This document shows, piece after piece, positions 12,501 to 19,064 of a DNA stretch of 64,000 nt (position 1 is the first letter of the stretch; every line of letters starts with the position of its first letter). The stretch is taken from positions 10,207 through 74,206 of the forward strand of contig JBDKFG010000013.1 in assembly GCA_039798785.1 (NCBI GenBank). The letters are read 5' to 3'. The translations under genes and the position numbers were made by a program. The notes beneath the pieces are model-generated. The model had not been told where the DNA came from. It saw nothing but the letters and a program-made list of their open reading frames with translations, and did not search any database. The DNA is from Verrucomicrobiota bacterium. Lineage in GTDB: Bacteria > Verrucomicrobiota > Lentisphaeria > Lentisphaerales > Lentisphaeraceae.

Positions 12501-15500
12501 CTGAGGCGCGCAATGCGGGCGCTGTCTACATCATCAAAGGAAGCCATCTCCAGAATCTGAAGGCTGATGCCGCCAATGTGGACGTCATTGACCTTTCCAA
12601 GCTTACCGAGGACATCGGCTTCGCCATTTACGGAGGCAAGAACGGTTATCAGCTCGGCACTGATGTCGTGCTCGGTTCCGATCTCAATGGCGACGGCTAT
12701 CGCGAGCTCCTGATTAGCGGCGCAGGTGAAGTCCAAATCGTCGATGGCGCGATGATTCACGCTATGCACAATCAGACCCGTCCTGGATCAGCCATCTCCT
12801 TCGCAGGCTCCGAGGGGGCTGATACCTTTGTCTTGAATGCCGATGTCGATACGCTCGTCGGCGTCGAAGCTCGTGGAGGCTTCGACACCTTGATCATCAA
12901 AGGCGCCAACGTCCGCTTTGAAGTCAGCCGCTTCAACATGGACGGCGTCGAGATGATTGATCTCTCCCAGGACCTCGATCCTGCGACGAATAAAGACCGG
13001 GCTCAGATCCTGGATGTCGATCGCCGCGATGTCCTGGCCATCCCCGATGCCTACGACCTCATGGATTACTCGGTCTTTGCCAGCTGGCTCAATCGCCAGA
13101 ACAGCGACGTCGGCTTCTCGGCGATCAATTCCGCAACCGACTTCGATGGATTCTTCGAAAATGCTCTGCGGATCAAACGTACCCGAGCCGATACCGTCAA
13201 CCTTAATCAGTTCCATCAGCTCGGATATACCGATAACGACTCGCTGGACAACAATCTCCAGCCTGTGTCAGGCTTTGTCATCGTCACTAAGGACGGTGTC
13301 GATTACGAAGTCTGGCAGAGCGATGCCGATGCCTTCGCCTTGGTGCTGCTCCAAAAACTGGCGCCGAACTCGGCTCCCACCGGCATCACCATCACGGATA
13401 ACGATGGCACGCCTTCGACTCTCGCCGTCATGGAGAACGCCGTCTTCAACACTGCTTCCGCCATCGTTGGTGACCTTGATGTCGTCGATGCGGATGTCGG
13501 CGACGATCATACCTTCAGCGTCAGCGACAGTCGCTTTGAAGTGGTCGATGACGGCACCGGTCAGTGGATCTTGCGCTTGGTGGACGGAGCGAGGCTCGAC
13601 CGCGAGACCGAACAGAGCGTAACTCTCACCGTAACCGCCACCGACTTGGCTGGCGTCAGCATCACCCGCGCCTTCACCATCGCTGTCGAGGATGACCCGG
13701 CGGAACAGGTTCCCGGTGTCAACAAGAATGTCCTTCTCATCACCGAGAGCCAGCGCGTCAACGGCGCTACGCTCATCACTAACCAGATGATCCAGATGAC
13801 TCCGCTTGCCGGGGAAACCAATGATCAGCTGCTCATCCGCATTGACCAGAACTATGTCGGCTTTGCCTTCCAGTACACCGATGGCGCCGTCGTCGCCTTG
13901 GCGACCAGCAATGTCAATCTCTCCGGTTTGACCACGATTGATGGACGTGCGCTCAACGCCGGCGAGCGGGTCTTGCTGGTTGGCCAGACTGATGCCTCTC
14001 AAGATGGTCTCTACACCGTCAGTACGGGTGCCTGGACGCGAGTCGTCGGAGAAGGCGAGATCGCCAATCTCAAGGGCGACTCCTATCAGGTCACGGGCGG
14101 CACGCTCAACGGTGGCCACTCCTTCGCCTTGAGCACGGACGGAGCTGGTCTCAAAGCCACCGCTGACTCCTTCACCTACGCCCAGGTTCTGGCCGGCAAG
14201 GTCAGCCTCCTCACCGATGGCACCGGCATCGCTCCGGACATCAAGGTCAGCTTTGGCTCCTCGACTGCCGGCTTCAATTCTTCCGATTATCTCGCGGTCG
14301 AGATGCGAATGAAGAATTACAACATGGCCAGCGAATTCGACCTCAACTACAAGATCACCGGTTCGGCTGGGCGTCTGGTTGGCACCAAGCTCGGTGCCAT
14401 GGCCAATGATACCGGCTTCTACATCATCGATGGCGAAGGTCTCATCTACACATTTATTGACTCTTCGGCCGACTTCCCGGAAGATGTCAACATTTGGGAC
14501 AACCTCACTGGTGGTAACGCCTTGGTCGACCCGAACACTGGTCTCATCCCCGGCATGTCGAACGGTCTCACGGACGACCGCGCCGACAACGCCCAGTTCG
14601 GCTTGCATCTCGATGCTCTGGACGCCAACCGCGGTACCTTCGGTGATGCCCGCGGTGTCAGCCAAATCGTCGACATGGACTTCTTCGATACCCTGTGGGA
14701 TGCCGACAATGACCTGGTCCTTGATGATCGTATTGCATTCACCATCTCTCTGAATGGCGGACGCATCCAATTCGATGCTTCGACGGTCACCAACGGCATT
14801 CAAGCGGCTACCAATGGTTTCAATGCTGCCCATCAGCAGATCAACTACAATGGCATCGGCGATGGATTGCTGGCACAGAACGGCTTCGTCGCCCTGCCCT
14901 TCGCCGGCACCTCAATCGCCAACGCCGGTGACTATGATAACCGAGGTCAGGATGATCTCATCGTTGGTATGGCTGCCGCCAGCGTCCCAGGAGCTGATGG
15001 CGTCCAGCGCGCCGGTGCCGGTGCCGTCATCATGCTCTGGTCGGAAGGCCGCCGAGCCGTCGACGACTACCGTGAAACCAATGACAATAACCAGAATGGT
15101 GTCCGTCAAGGTCTTGATGGTAATCCTGATACTGATACTTGGAATGCCGGTGCTGATGACGGCGAGTGGGCGTACTACAATGATTCTTCTGCTGAAGGTA
15201 CCGCAGCCGGCGCCGCCCGTTGGGCCGTCGCCATCGGCCACAGTGGACTGCAGACCACCGACGAGTCGGAATATGTCCAGATCCTCGGTGCTGCTGCCGG
15301 TGACCGCGCGGGTAGCGTCGTCGCTGGTGCAGGCGACCTCAACCACGACGGCTTCGATGAGTTCCTCGTCGCGGCTCAAGGCGTCGATGCCAACGGCAAC
15401 GCCGATGCGGGCGTGGTCTACATCCTCCGTGGTCAGTCGGTCCGCTCCACCATCGATCTGGCTCTGATGAACACCAATCTCGGCGTCAAGGTCATCGGTG

Positions 15501-18500
15501 ATGAAGTCAATGGACAGATCGGCAACGCCATGATGGGCGATGACTTTGATGGCGACGGTTATTCCGACGTCATCATCGCCGGCCAGCAGGTCGATGGCAA
15601 TGTCGGCAGCGATCCCGACAGGGGCGATTCCGGTGAGGTCTACATTCTGTGGGGCCAGCAGAACTTCTTCCAAGAGGACATCAACCTGGCTCCGGCGGAA
15701 TTCGCCAGCAAAGGTCTACGCATCGTCGGTGCCGCAGCGGGCGACTTCTTCGGTAGCGCCATGACCCGGATGGATATCAATAACGACGGTCAGCTGGACT
15801 TCGTCATCTCAGCCAAGTTCGCCGATGCCAACGGCAAGACCGATGTCGGCGCCGTCTACGTGATCTACGGCGGAACCCACCTCAAGGGCCTGACCACTAT
15901 CGACACTGCCGATCTGGGCACGCTCGGCTTCGCCATCTTCGGTGAGTCTGCCAACGAACACTTCGGCAGCCTGGTCAGCAAAGGTGCCGACCTTAACAAC
16001 GACGGCATTGACGAATTGCTGGTCAGTTCGGTCGACTACAACAACGGCGCAGGCCGCGTCCACGTCATCGACGGGGCGCTGCTGCGCGGCATGCAGAACG
16101 ACCACGCCATCGCTTACACCGGCACTTTGCAGAACGATACTTACACATGGAACACCCAGGTCGATTATCTGGTCGGCTTTGAAGGTCGCGGCGGCGTTGA
16201 TACCCTGGTCATTGCTGGCAACGGCAACATCGACGATCTTGAGCCTGCCGATGGCGTCAACGACACGGTCGACATCCAACGCTTCAACCTGTCCGGCCTG
16301 GACATCATCGATCTGCGGACCGATGCCGGCGCGCAGCGCATCAAGCTCGACCGCCGCGATGTCGTCACTCTTCCCGACGCTTACAAGCTCGACGATGTTT
16401 CGATCTTCCTTGATCACGTCAGCCGCACTCCCTTGGCTCAGATCAGTATCATTGATCAGGTTGGAGTCGATAATCCCTCGATCTTCGAGTCTGCTCTCCG
16501 CATCCGTGGCAGCGCCACTGACGTGGTCGATCTCGGCTTCGTTGAAAATGCCTTCACCACTCCGGATGACGGCTTCACCAGCCGCGACCTCTTCCGCCGC
16601 ATGAGCTTCGCCCCGATCGATGGCGGCGGCGCCAGGACCTTCGTCCAAAACGTCATCGACGGCGTGGTCTACGATGTCTGGCAGAGCCGTGTCGATACCT
16701 TCGCCGTCGTCCTGATCGAAAGCGGCGTCCGTGTCCTCGGTGATGATGTTGGCAATATCGCACCAGCCTTCAACCTGGTCGCGCAGGCTGTCGCGACTCC
16801 TGAGGACCAAGCGTTCAACGGCACTTCCCCTGCCGCGGATGTCAACGCTGGCACCACCTTGGCCTACATCGTGGCCATCGATGGAACTCACGGTAGCGTC
16901 ACCATTAATGCCGCCACCGGCGCATGGACCTACACTCCCGACACTGATTTCAATGGTGTCGACACCTTCACTGTCGGCGTCAGTGACGGCTTTGACAGCG
17001 CCACTCAGGTGGTCACCGTCACCGTCAGCTCGGTGGATGATGCGCCTGCCGGAACGGACAAGATCTTCGCCATCCTGGCGGGACAGAGCCGTGTTCTCAC
17101 CGCGGCCGACTTCGGCTTCACCGATCCCAAGGACGGTCTCGCCGGGAACGCAGTTCCCGCGAACACCTTCGCCAGCGTTCTCGTCACTGCAATTCCCAAC
17201 GTGGCAGTGGGTTCGGTTACGGTGAACGGCGTGGCTGTTGCGAATGGCGCCACCATCACCTTGGCGGACATCAACAACGGCCTTGTCTCCTTCGTCCCTG
17301 CCGCTTTGACAGCCAACTCCGCGACCTTCACCTTCCAGGTTCGCGATAACGGCTCCGCCGCCTTGCCGAACGTCAACCTCGACGCCAGTCCCAATACCTT
17401 GACTTTCAATGTCGATGTCAACCATGCGCCGGTTGCCGTGGCCTCCAAGGCGATCACCAATGTCGGCATGGATTACGTCTATGCGGCTAGTGACTTCAAG
17501 TTCACCGATGCGGATGGCAACGGCTTGTCGAAAGTCAAGATCACCGCCTTCTCCGGAACCGGAACCTTGAAGTACGATGGTTCTGCCATCACGGTCCCTC
17601 AAGAAGTCACCCTTGCGGACTTCACTGGCGGCAAGCTGGTCTACACTCCAGCTGCGGGCAGCGGCACCGATCTGGCGTCGCTGAGCTTCCAGGTCGTCGA
17701 CAACGGCGGCACTGCTGGCGTTGACGCTGCTGACACTTCGGCGAATACCGCGGTCCTGAGCATGGACGTCCGGGTCAACAACGCTCCCGCTGGCACTGAC
17801 CTCGTGGTCAGTACCAATGAGGGTGTCGCGCGTACCTTCATCGCAGCTGATTTCGGCTTCACCGATCCTGTTGATGCCTTGGCTAACGACGCCAACAGCC
17901 TCAAGACTGTCCGCGTCACCGGCTTCGTCGGCGGCGGCTCCCTGACCTTGGGAGGGGGCGCCGTTCCGGCCTTCCCATTCGATGTCTCAGTCGCCGCGCT
18001 GTCGACCTTCGTCTACACCCCCGCAGTCAATGCCAACGGCTCGGCCTTCCTGAGCTTCCAGGTCATTGACGATGGTGGTGGCAACAATATCGATCTGACA
18101 CCGAATGCCTTGACCATCAACATCCTGCCGGTCAACGATGCTCCCGCCGGCGCGGATAAGACGGTCAACATGCAGGAAGATGGCGCCTATACATTCAGCG
18201 CCGCCGACTTCGGCTTCACCGACAGCAACGACAGCCCGTCCAACATCTTCAGCAGCGTCTTCATCAACACCATCAACTACGGAGCCAATGATTTCAATCA
18301 TGGCGGTTCTCTCACCCTCAATGGCGTGGCCGTGGTCAATGGTCAGGAGATTGCTGTCGGAGCCTTGGGTTCTCTCCTCTTCCGTCCGACCACGGATGAA
18401 TTCAGCGGCGGTGTTGGTAACGGCAGCACCTACGCCAGTTTCACCTTCAGCGTCAAGGACAATGGAGGCACTCTCAACGGCGGTGTAGATGTCGATGCCA

Positions 18501-18859
18501 CTCCCAACACCATCAACCTGGTGGTCGCTCCGGTCGCCCCGGTGATCACCTCCAATGGCGGAGGCGCCAATGCTGCGATCACCATCAATGAGAACACGAC
18601 TGCAGTCACCACTGTCACCGCTACCGATGCTGCCGATCCCTTGCGCAGCTTCTCCATCGTCGGCGGGGCAGATGCGGCGAAGTTCAGCATCAACGCCAAT
18701 TCAGGCGTGCTGACCTTCCAGGTTGCACCTGACTTCGAGACTCCCTTGGATGTCGGTGCCAACAACGTTTATGATGTCAATGTTCAAGTCGTTGATTCGG
18801 CTGGACTTGTCGATCTGCAGTTGCTGGCGATCACCATCCGGGATATCAACGGAGCTTGA
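569..18859 (+). CDS. Giant surface adhesin (6096 aa): CSPG/cadherin-like, Big_9/tandem-95-type Ig and cadherin repeats plus four FG-GAP (integrin-alpha-like) modules
   Basis: Single ORF with GGAGA RBS. It has FTxADxxAGKV repeats, cadherin motifs (LDFE, ATDxDAGD), FTYTPxxNFNGTDSF repeats and repeated GDxNGDGxxD Ca-binding FG-GAP motifs. No N-terminal signal peptide is visible. Confidence 0.92.
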   Translation: MALGISLNLKLKEGEKVTLGQPSSKGSTELTFTGATPIPGTVITVSGLSNGKFFVNGVAKSSFTYADYLAGKVQFVHNGSEFAPKFTLSAKIGGSTVKFIQPVDSVHFENVNDAAVVIAKRIAIKEGVLTTLSSSSLSIKDAEQTSSQLKITLKSSAFEHYEIYKSGSLLSDEEGNNSFTYADVVAGKIKFRLMAGHYDSATNIAFTVDDQTGASNSRVDGHVLIQLKTATINVNSAPVVTPSAEKLSMALGGSSQLHVDSFPTVADDHGAPPAGLLVTVTKSAGVYFTIHGVKTPTFTMQDVAEGLVFINHDPKWTASLDFTLKFTDDMGKSSVTYSSSQLFQGGLNLDEIIVTGDAAIDNVVEHGSTLSGDLDAAVAAQPGLTFTYVLKTGTTYGTVVITDPATGAFTYVNDVNADTDSFVVTITASNGMTVDQVVIIDIVPENLAPTAPNVSLTIDEDSVAAITVLGSDPEGGPVSYSIETSPASGVVVATDANGHFSYTPASNFNGTDSFVVRIQDAGGKFSTATVTVTVDPINDAPVFTSPASYTVAEGSPLSGTLTATDLESSEFIYAATSSGPVHGTLSVLENGSFTYTPASNFAGTDSFVVSVSDGTDTTLQTITVTVTDDNADAPTGLLLTPSAVLEGAVGVDIGTLLGLDPDLNSSFTYELVNTAGSLEIVNGNLLRLKSGMSLDNTLDNGSSDLLSVQIKVKDGQNHESVQTVNISIADALRGPVFSTTAVTTDEDVIINGQLVASPAAGELVGAISYSKVTGPAHGNLTVNSDGSYVYTPAANYNGADSFVVRATSGSGAGTVSSTQTVSVTVNPVNDLPSLSVSSFSVPENLAGGSTIANLLSTDADANDTASFYLYSDLSGKFEIVGSALRLKAGESLDFESQSVYNLTVRVSDGNGDSVDVAVAVQVTNVNESPLAITLTPELADSATGLALVNENLLGGVVGTLSSTDADGSGDSANHVYSVNDARFEVVNKVLKLKSSAALDFELTQSLSLTVTATDLGGLRTSQSFTILVGDQDDLPHADKLQLNLDERVRNSDGSYAVDATMLHASMAGKVDSAIVFKITSLPNASTYFRLNGVKVAEFTQADVNAGKVTVVLDGTSMLPEIKISLGYRDLSGSGFGAIDFLPVEFTYGAFNTATLLDLNYEITGTAADATLGQSIWGDANYFLVGANEYRNSSGDFPEDILIGDNQSSDDRAGNVHAETLDGSRVSAAAVPGGKFVAKMSFYDAAAAGYQYNAEYLLNVNGAAATFFALPDSATPYTNGGSYSITGASVTAANAGDFDKRGLNDLIIADSKADVAGTDGVVRTDAGGAFLVWAEGNTAGAGAANTLAFVANKTDKSTHVQILGAKAGDQTGAALAGNLDMNGDGFSELAITAPMFDSAVSADVGAVYLLRGSSVTPTIDLAQGLGSNGIRIIGAEANGHIGNILLSGNYDRNFNLATANDRYGDLLIAAKDVDGSVSGQAERTDSGEVYLVWGSNSVYNADIKLDSTFTGLRIVGAKAGDALGSSMINAGDLNGDGFQDLFIGASGVDIGGKSNAGAVYVIWGGTHLKTAGKVIDLAKLDSSEGFAIYGEAAGDLFGSTIALGGDLNDDGVQELLVGGRNNGNANDGKVTVIDGALLKAIGKGAASGHALSYAGDSQDNTFAYDATTDYLVGAQGRGGFDTLAITGSNADVTIQRFNLSGIDLIDLNAEGRQSVTLDRRDVVQIGDGFDINSYSLYLDSLASQQAAGGAIVIPEDHFSTALRINRAAADGVNLQSFHRLSYIDNSNSAVNVTQVFDGITYDVYQSDTDEFAIVLIQQLPPNHAPSDLSLSPASVNENVNVDTLIGTLSATDIDAGDAHTFTVTDSRFEIRNGNQLWLKAGNAFDFESTPSVSLQITATDVGGLNVTKTISVAVNDQFERSVLKNKFELVIDERINALGEAYAEVVVTTEMLNLSANGVADLSTILVRVDSVVGGRFVNGTVNSATSFTMKDVVDQKVKFITDLSGRVPEIMVSLGVAGQAFEVSTHLPLQYSPVNYSLTNALDSNYKIIGTNKNITITNGQTEWDGTVNPANSTIIWASNSVLMIAGLAYNSGADFPEDVALLDNWDDDMRIDPEGTILFDLLDSGRINTVNPSPLRDLDTSIGTPITQMQFFDGPAQGIQYRSTFDIYMTESKIAFKGDINYDNVLDATEYWQLVSPDPMVHDYVDFTNANGFTFSSVASAGDYDKRGLNDMVIGLKNADFTGRADAGGAFLVWSEGNYAPDFTDADDGYTLQFDNPMTTDTWVFDRDTEQPKFVLSYVQILGATAGDAAGTAVAGGDMDRDTFSDVAISAPGFGANDAGAVYLLRGRSVTSTIDLANLNSSIGIKVTGANAGDQIGTSLASADFDGDGRQDLAIGSSFVDGSRNGIALSDAGEIDIVWGRDNLFTTGDINLGTGFTGTRITGGSANDQVGKTLFLYDIDGDGSQDLIIGSPNVDAAGLVDAGAVYIIWGGAALKNTSRIDLANLTVDQGIAIYGSKAGDAIGTKVVFGSDLNGDNFKELLISGNDQVHVFDGALIDAIRYNGAGVHDRPVFYSGQEQQLGTYYGDNTFSVNTDTDYLVGMDGRTGEDTLAINGLKTFTVSRFNLDGVEVLDLVQREGSGLPSVLDSQTKQTLVIDRRDPVDLIDSERQIAMVNAYSDFIRSGRVGADFSSCLRINRTAQDDVISSDFLGTPHLLEVGQQTQFQKLLDVNNNVVTQQVGATVYEVWQSTSDAQSLVLMQRLSDILGITLTGNTVTENVDGAPYNPALPLPQPGVIGTVNVLDNDADDSWTFSIAAPYDAKFEIVTTGSVGHWVHTLKLKDGVHLNFEQDPSILITITATDRQGHVKAESFTITVIDVPADITVANLVIPENVDGALISALTFTDPDHIADIASVTVSDSRFTAVKNGNVWELKLKPDVRFNREILNELDPNDVPGGDKWDDAIKGVQITVTDTDGKTFTKSFDFTIQDSDSGIVENFLGAMVSTLDLAAFEIPVGKTILAVTVNDNRFEVKQDTSGNYYLTLKAAYSLNFELEPSVTLNIQVTLNDNTAITRKYTFDVDDVSTLMTSTGNTIVENVLGAVVGNLDFVDPLLANVQSVTVNDSRFEVIESRGKYILKLKDNIALNYEALAPNYKVNLLISVTDKDGKVHSNLPLVVDVTDVNEAPYDLQFSNLSVVENAVAATIGTITVKDPDASDIWTFTVGDNRFEVVYSGGVYSLKLRDGISLDYEREQSVTFDVVVKDLGGAAGGFSYSESITVNVTNVLETAVSKDKFYLKVNERGNGGVIDVTTDMIDLSSGATADDKIVIRVDYSQGGHFTVDGVEAKVFTMADVAANKVDFVTDLSGRVPNIKLSLGVTTSTVEAAVFEAGIHLPVEYRPLNYSLGNEWDLNYVVTTAQPTFGAPLGAPVTTPPNTPYDTPVYSETWTAFSGEITVDDPDNAARAGSKWDLYTLDGVAAGTTMAIYIRHGSLFDPWVQVTDAAGNVIVEDDDTGAGNIEGTYDGVNPDNQTYDAYVTFDYQPGMIVRATTFRDWDAVSVPGARSGLGTYTLYTSAGEFIVYEPVNNAPVPGIWANSSALVINSMAYNVQADFPEDVTVWDNIDNDNRSGNIHIDSLDSARASAVTIPNGKAIVDMAFFDGPAAGVNSNADYTVYFSADTITLRADINYNGAVDVGEDAVNRLLTGGGFTSVANAGDFDNRGLDEILVGRSGATVDGREGAGGAFLVWAEGKAAADYALNFADPITTDETQYVQIIGANAGDAAGTAVAGAGDANFDGFDDILISATGFDVGGMANAGAVYLLSGLSVRATIDLADLSRNTLTNSTGTGIRILGGTANDAIGDKLASGDFDGDGYSDFVVGGSSLDGTLYRDANHNIVSRENSVYTDERSNSGEVYLIWGKQDIFSSGDISLAPGFEGTRGIRIVGAAKDDQLGTVMKNIGDIDGDGLDDLLISATGFDAPEARNAGAVYIIKGSHLQNLKADAANVDVIDLSKLTEDIGFAIYGGKNGYQLGTDVVLGSDLNGDGYRELLISGAGEVQIVDGAMIHAMHNQTRPGSAISFAGSEGADTFVLNADVDTLVGVEARGGFDTLIIKGANVRFEVSRFNMDGVEMIDLSQDLDPATNKDRAQILDVDRRDVLAIPDAYDLMDYSVFASWLNRQNSDVGFSAINSATDFDGFFENALRIKRTRADTVNLNQFHQLGYTDNDSLDNNLQPVSGFVIVTKDGVDYEVWQSDADAFALVLLQKLAPNSAPTGITITDNDGTPSTLAVMENAVFNTASAIVGDLDVVDADVGDDHTFSVSDSRFEVVDDGTGQWILRLVDGARLDRETEQSVTLTVTATDLAGVSITRAFTIAVEDDPAEQVPGVNKNVLLITESQRVNGATLITNQMIQMTPLAGETNDQLLIRIDQNYVGFAFQYTDGAVVALATSNVNLSGLTTIDGRALNAGERVLLVGQTDASQDGLYTVSTGAWTRVVGEGEIANLKGDSYQVTGGTLNGGHSFALSTDGAGLKATADSFTYAQVLAGKVSLLTDGTGIAPDIKVSFGSSTAGFNSSDYLAVEMRMKNYNMASEFDLNYKITGSAGRLVGTKLGAMANDTGFYIIDGEGLIYTFIDSSADFPEDVNIWDNLTGGNALVDPNTGLIPGMSNGLTDDRADNAQFGLHLDALDANRGTFGDARGVSQIVDMDFFDTLWDADNDLVLDDRIAFTISLNGGRIQFDASTVTNGIQAATNGFNAAHQQINYNGIGDGLLAQNGFVALPFAGTSIANAGDYDNRGQDDLIVGMAAASVPGADGVQRAGAGAVIMLWSEGRRAVDDYRETNDNNQNGVRQGLDGNPDTDTWNAGADDGEWAYYNDSSAEGTAAGAARWAVAIGHSGLQTTDESEYVQILGAAAGDRAGSVVAGAGDLNHDGFDEFLVAAQGVDANGNADAGVVYILRGQSVRSTIDLALMNTNLGVKVIGDEVNGQIGNAMMGDDFDGDGYSDVIIAGQQVDGNVGSDPDRGDSGEVYILWGQQNFFQEDINLAPAEFASKGLRIVGAAAGDFFGSAMTRMDINNDGQLDFVISAKFADANGKTDVGAVYVIYGGTHLKGLTTIDTADLGTLGFAIFGESANEHFGSLVSKGADLNNDGIDELLVSSVDYNNGAGRVHVIDGALLRGMQNDHAIAYTGTLQNDTYTWNTQVDYLVGFEGRGGVDTLVIAGNGNIDDLEPADGVNDTVDIQRFNLSGLDIIDLRTDAGAQRIKLDRRDVVTLPDAYKLDDVSIFLDHVSRTPLAQISIIDQVGVDNPSIFESALRIRGSATDVVDLGFVENAFTTPDDGFTSRDLFRRMSFAPIDGGGARTFVQNVIDGVVYDVWQSRVDTFAVVLIESGVRVLGDDVGNIAPAFNLVAQAVATPEDQAFNGTSPAADVNAGTTLAYIVAIDGTHGSVTINAATGAWTYTPDTDFNGVDTFTVGVSDGFDSATQVVTVTVSSVDDAPAGTDKIFAILAGQSRVLTAADFGFTDPKDGLAGNAVPANTFASVLVTAIPNVAVGSVTVNGVAVANGATITLADINNGLVSFVPAALTANSATFTFQVRDNGSAALPNVNLDASPNTLTFNVDVNHAPVAVASKAITNVGMDYVYAASDFKFTDADGNGLSKVKITAFSGTGTLKYDGSAITVPQEVTLADFTGGKLVYTPAAGSGTDLASLSFQVVDNGGTAGVDAADTSANTAVLSMDVRVNNAPAGTDLVVSTNEGVARTFIAADFGFTDPVDALANDANSLKTVRVTGFVGGGSLTLGGGAVPAFPFDVSVAALSTFVYTPAVNANGSAFLSFQVIDDGGGNNIDLTPNALTINILPVNDAPAGADKTVNMQEDGAYTFSAADFGFTDSNDSPSNIFSSVFINTINYGANDFNHGGSLTLNGVAVVNGQEIAVGALGSLLFRPTTDEFSGGVGNGSTYASFTFSVKDNGGTLNGGVDVDATPNTINLVVAPVAPVITSNGGGANAAITINENTTAVTTVTATDAADPLRSFSIVGGADAAKFSINANSGVLTFQVAPDFETPLDVGANNVYDVNVQVVDSAGLVDLQLLAITIRDINGA

Positions 18860-18898
18860 TGACGATTAGCGGTTCGGTTACATCCTGAACCTGCTGAA

Positions 18899-18930
18899 GC
18901 CGGGCCCGCTGAAAAGCGGGCTCGGTTTTT
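18899..18930 (+). terminator. Rho-independent terminator
   Basis: GCCGGGCCCGCT-GAAA-AGCGGGCTCGGT followed by TTTT, about 40 nt after the giant gene stop. Confidence 0.8.
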
Positions 18931-19064
18931 CTTGCCTGGTAATGAGGTGTTTTTTCTTGATCCGCCAAATCTGAAATGTCATTGCGGCAGGGTTGAAGAT
19001 TCTCCTCCGCCCGCTCTCTTACGCGGATGCATCCTCGTAAAAAATCATAGCAGGCAGGTGTGGC

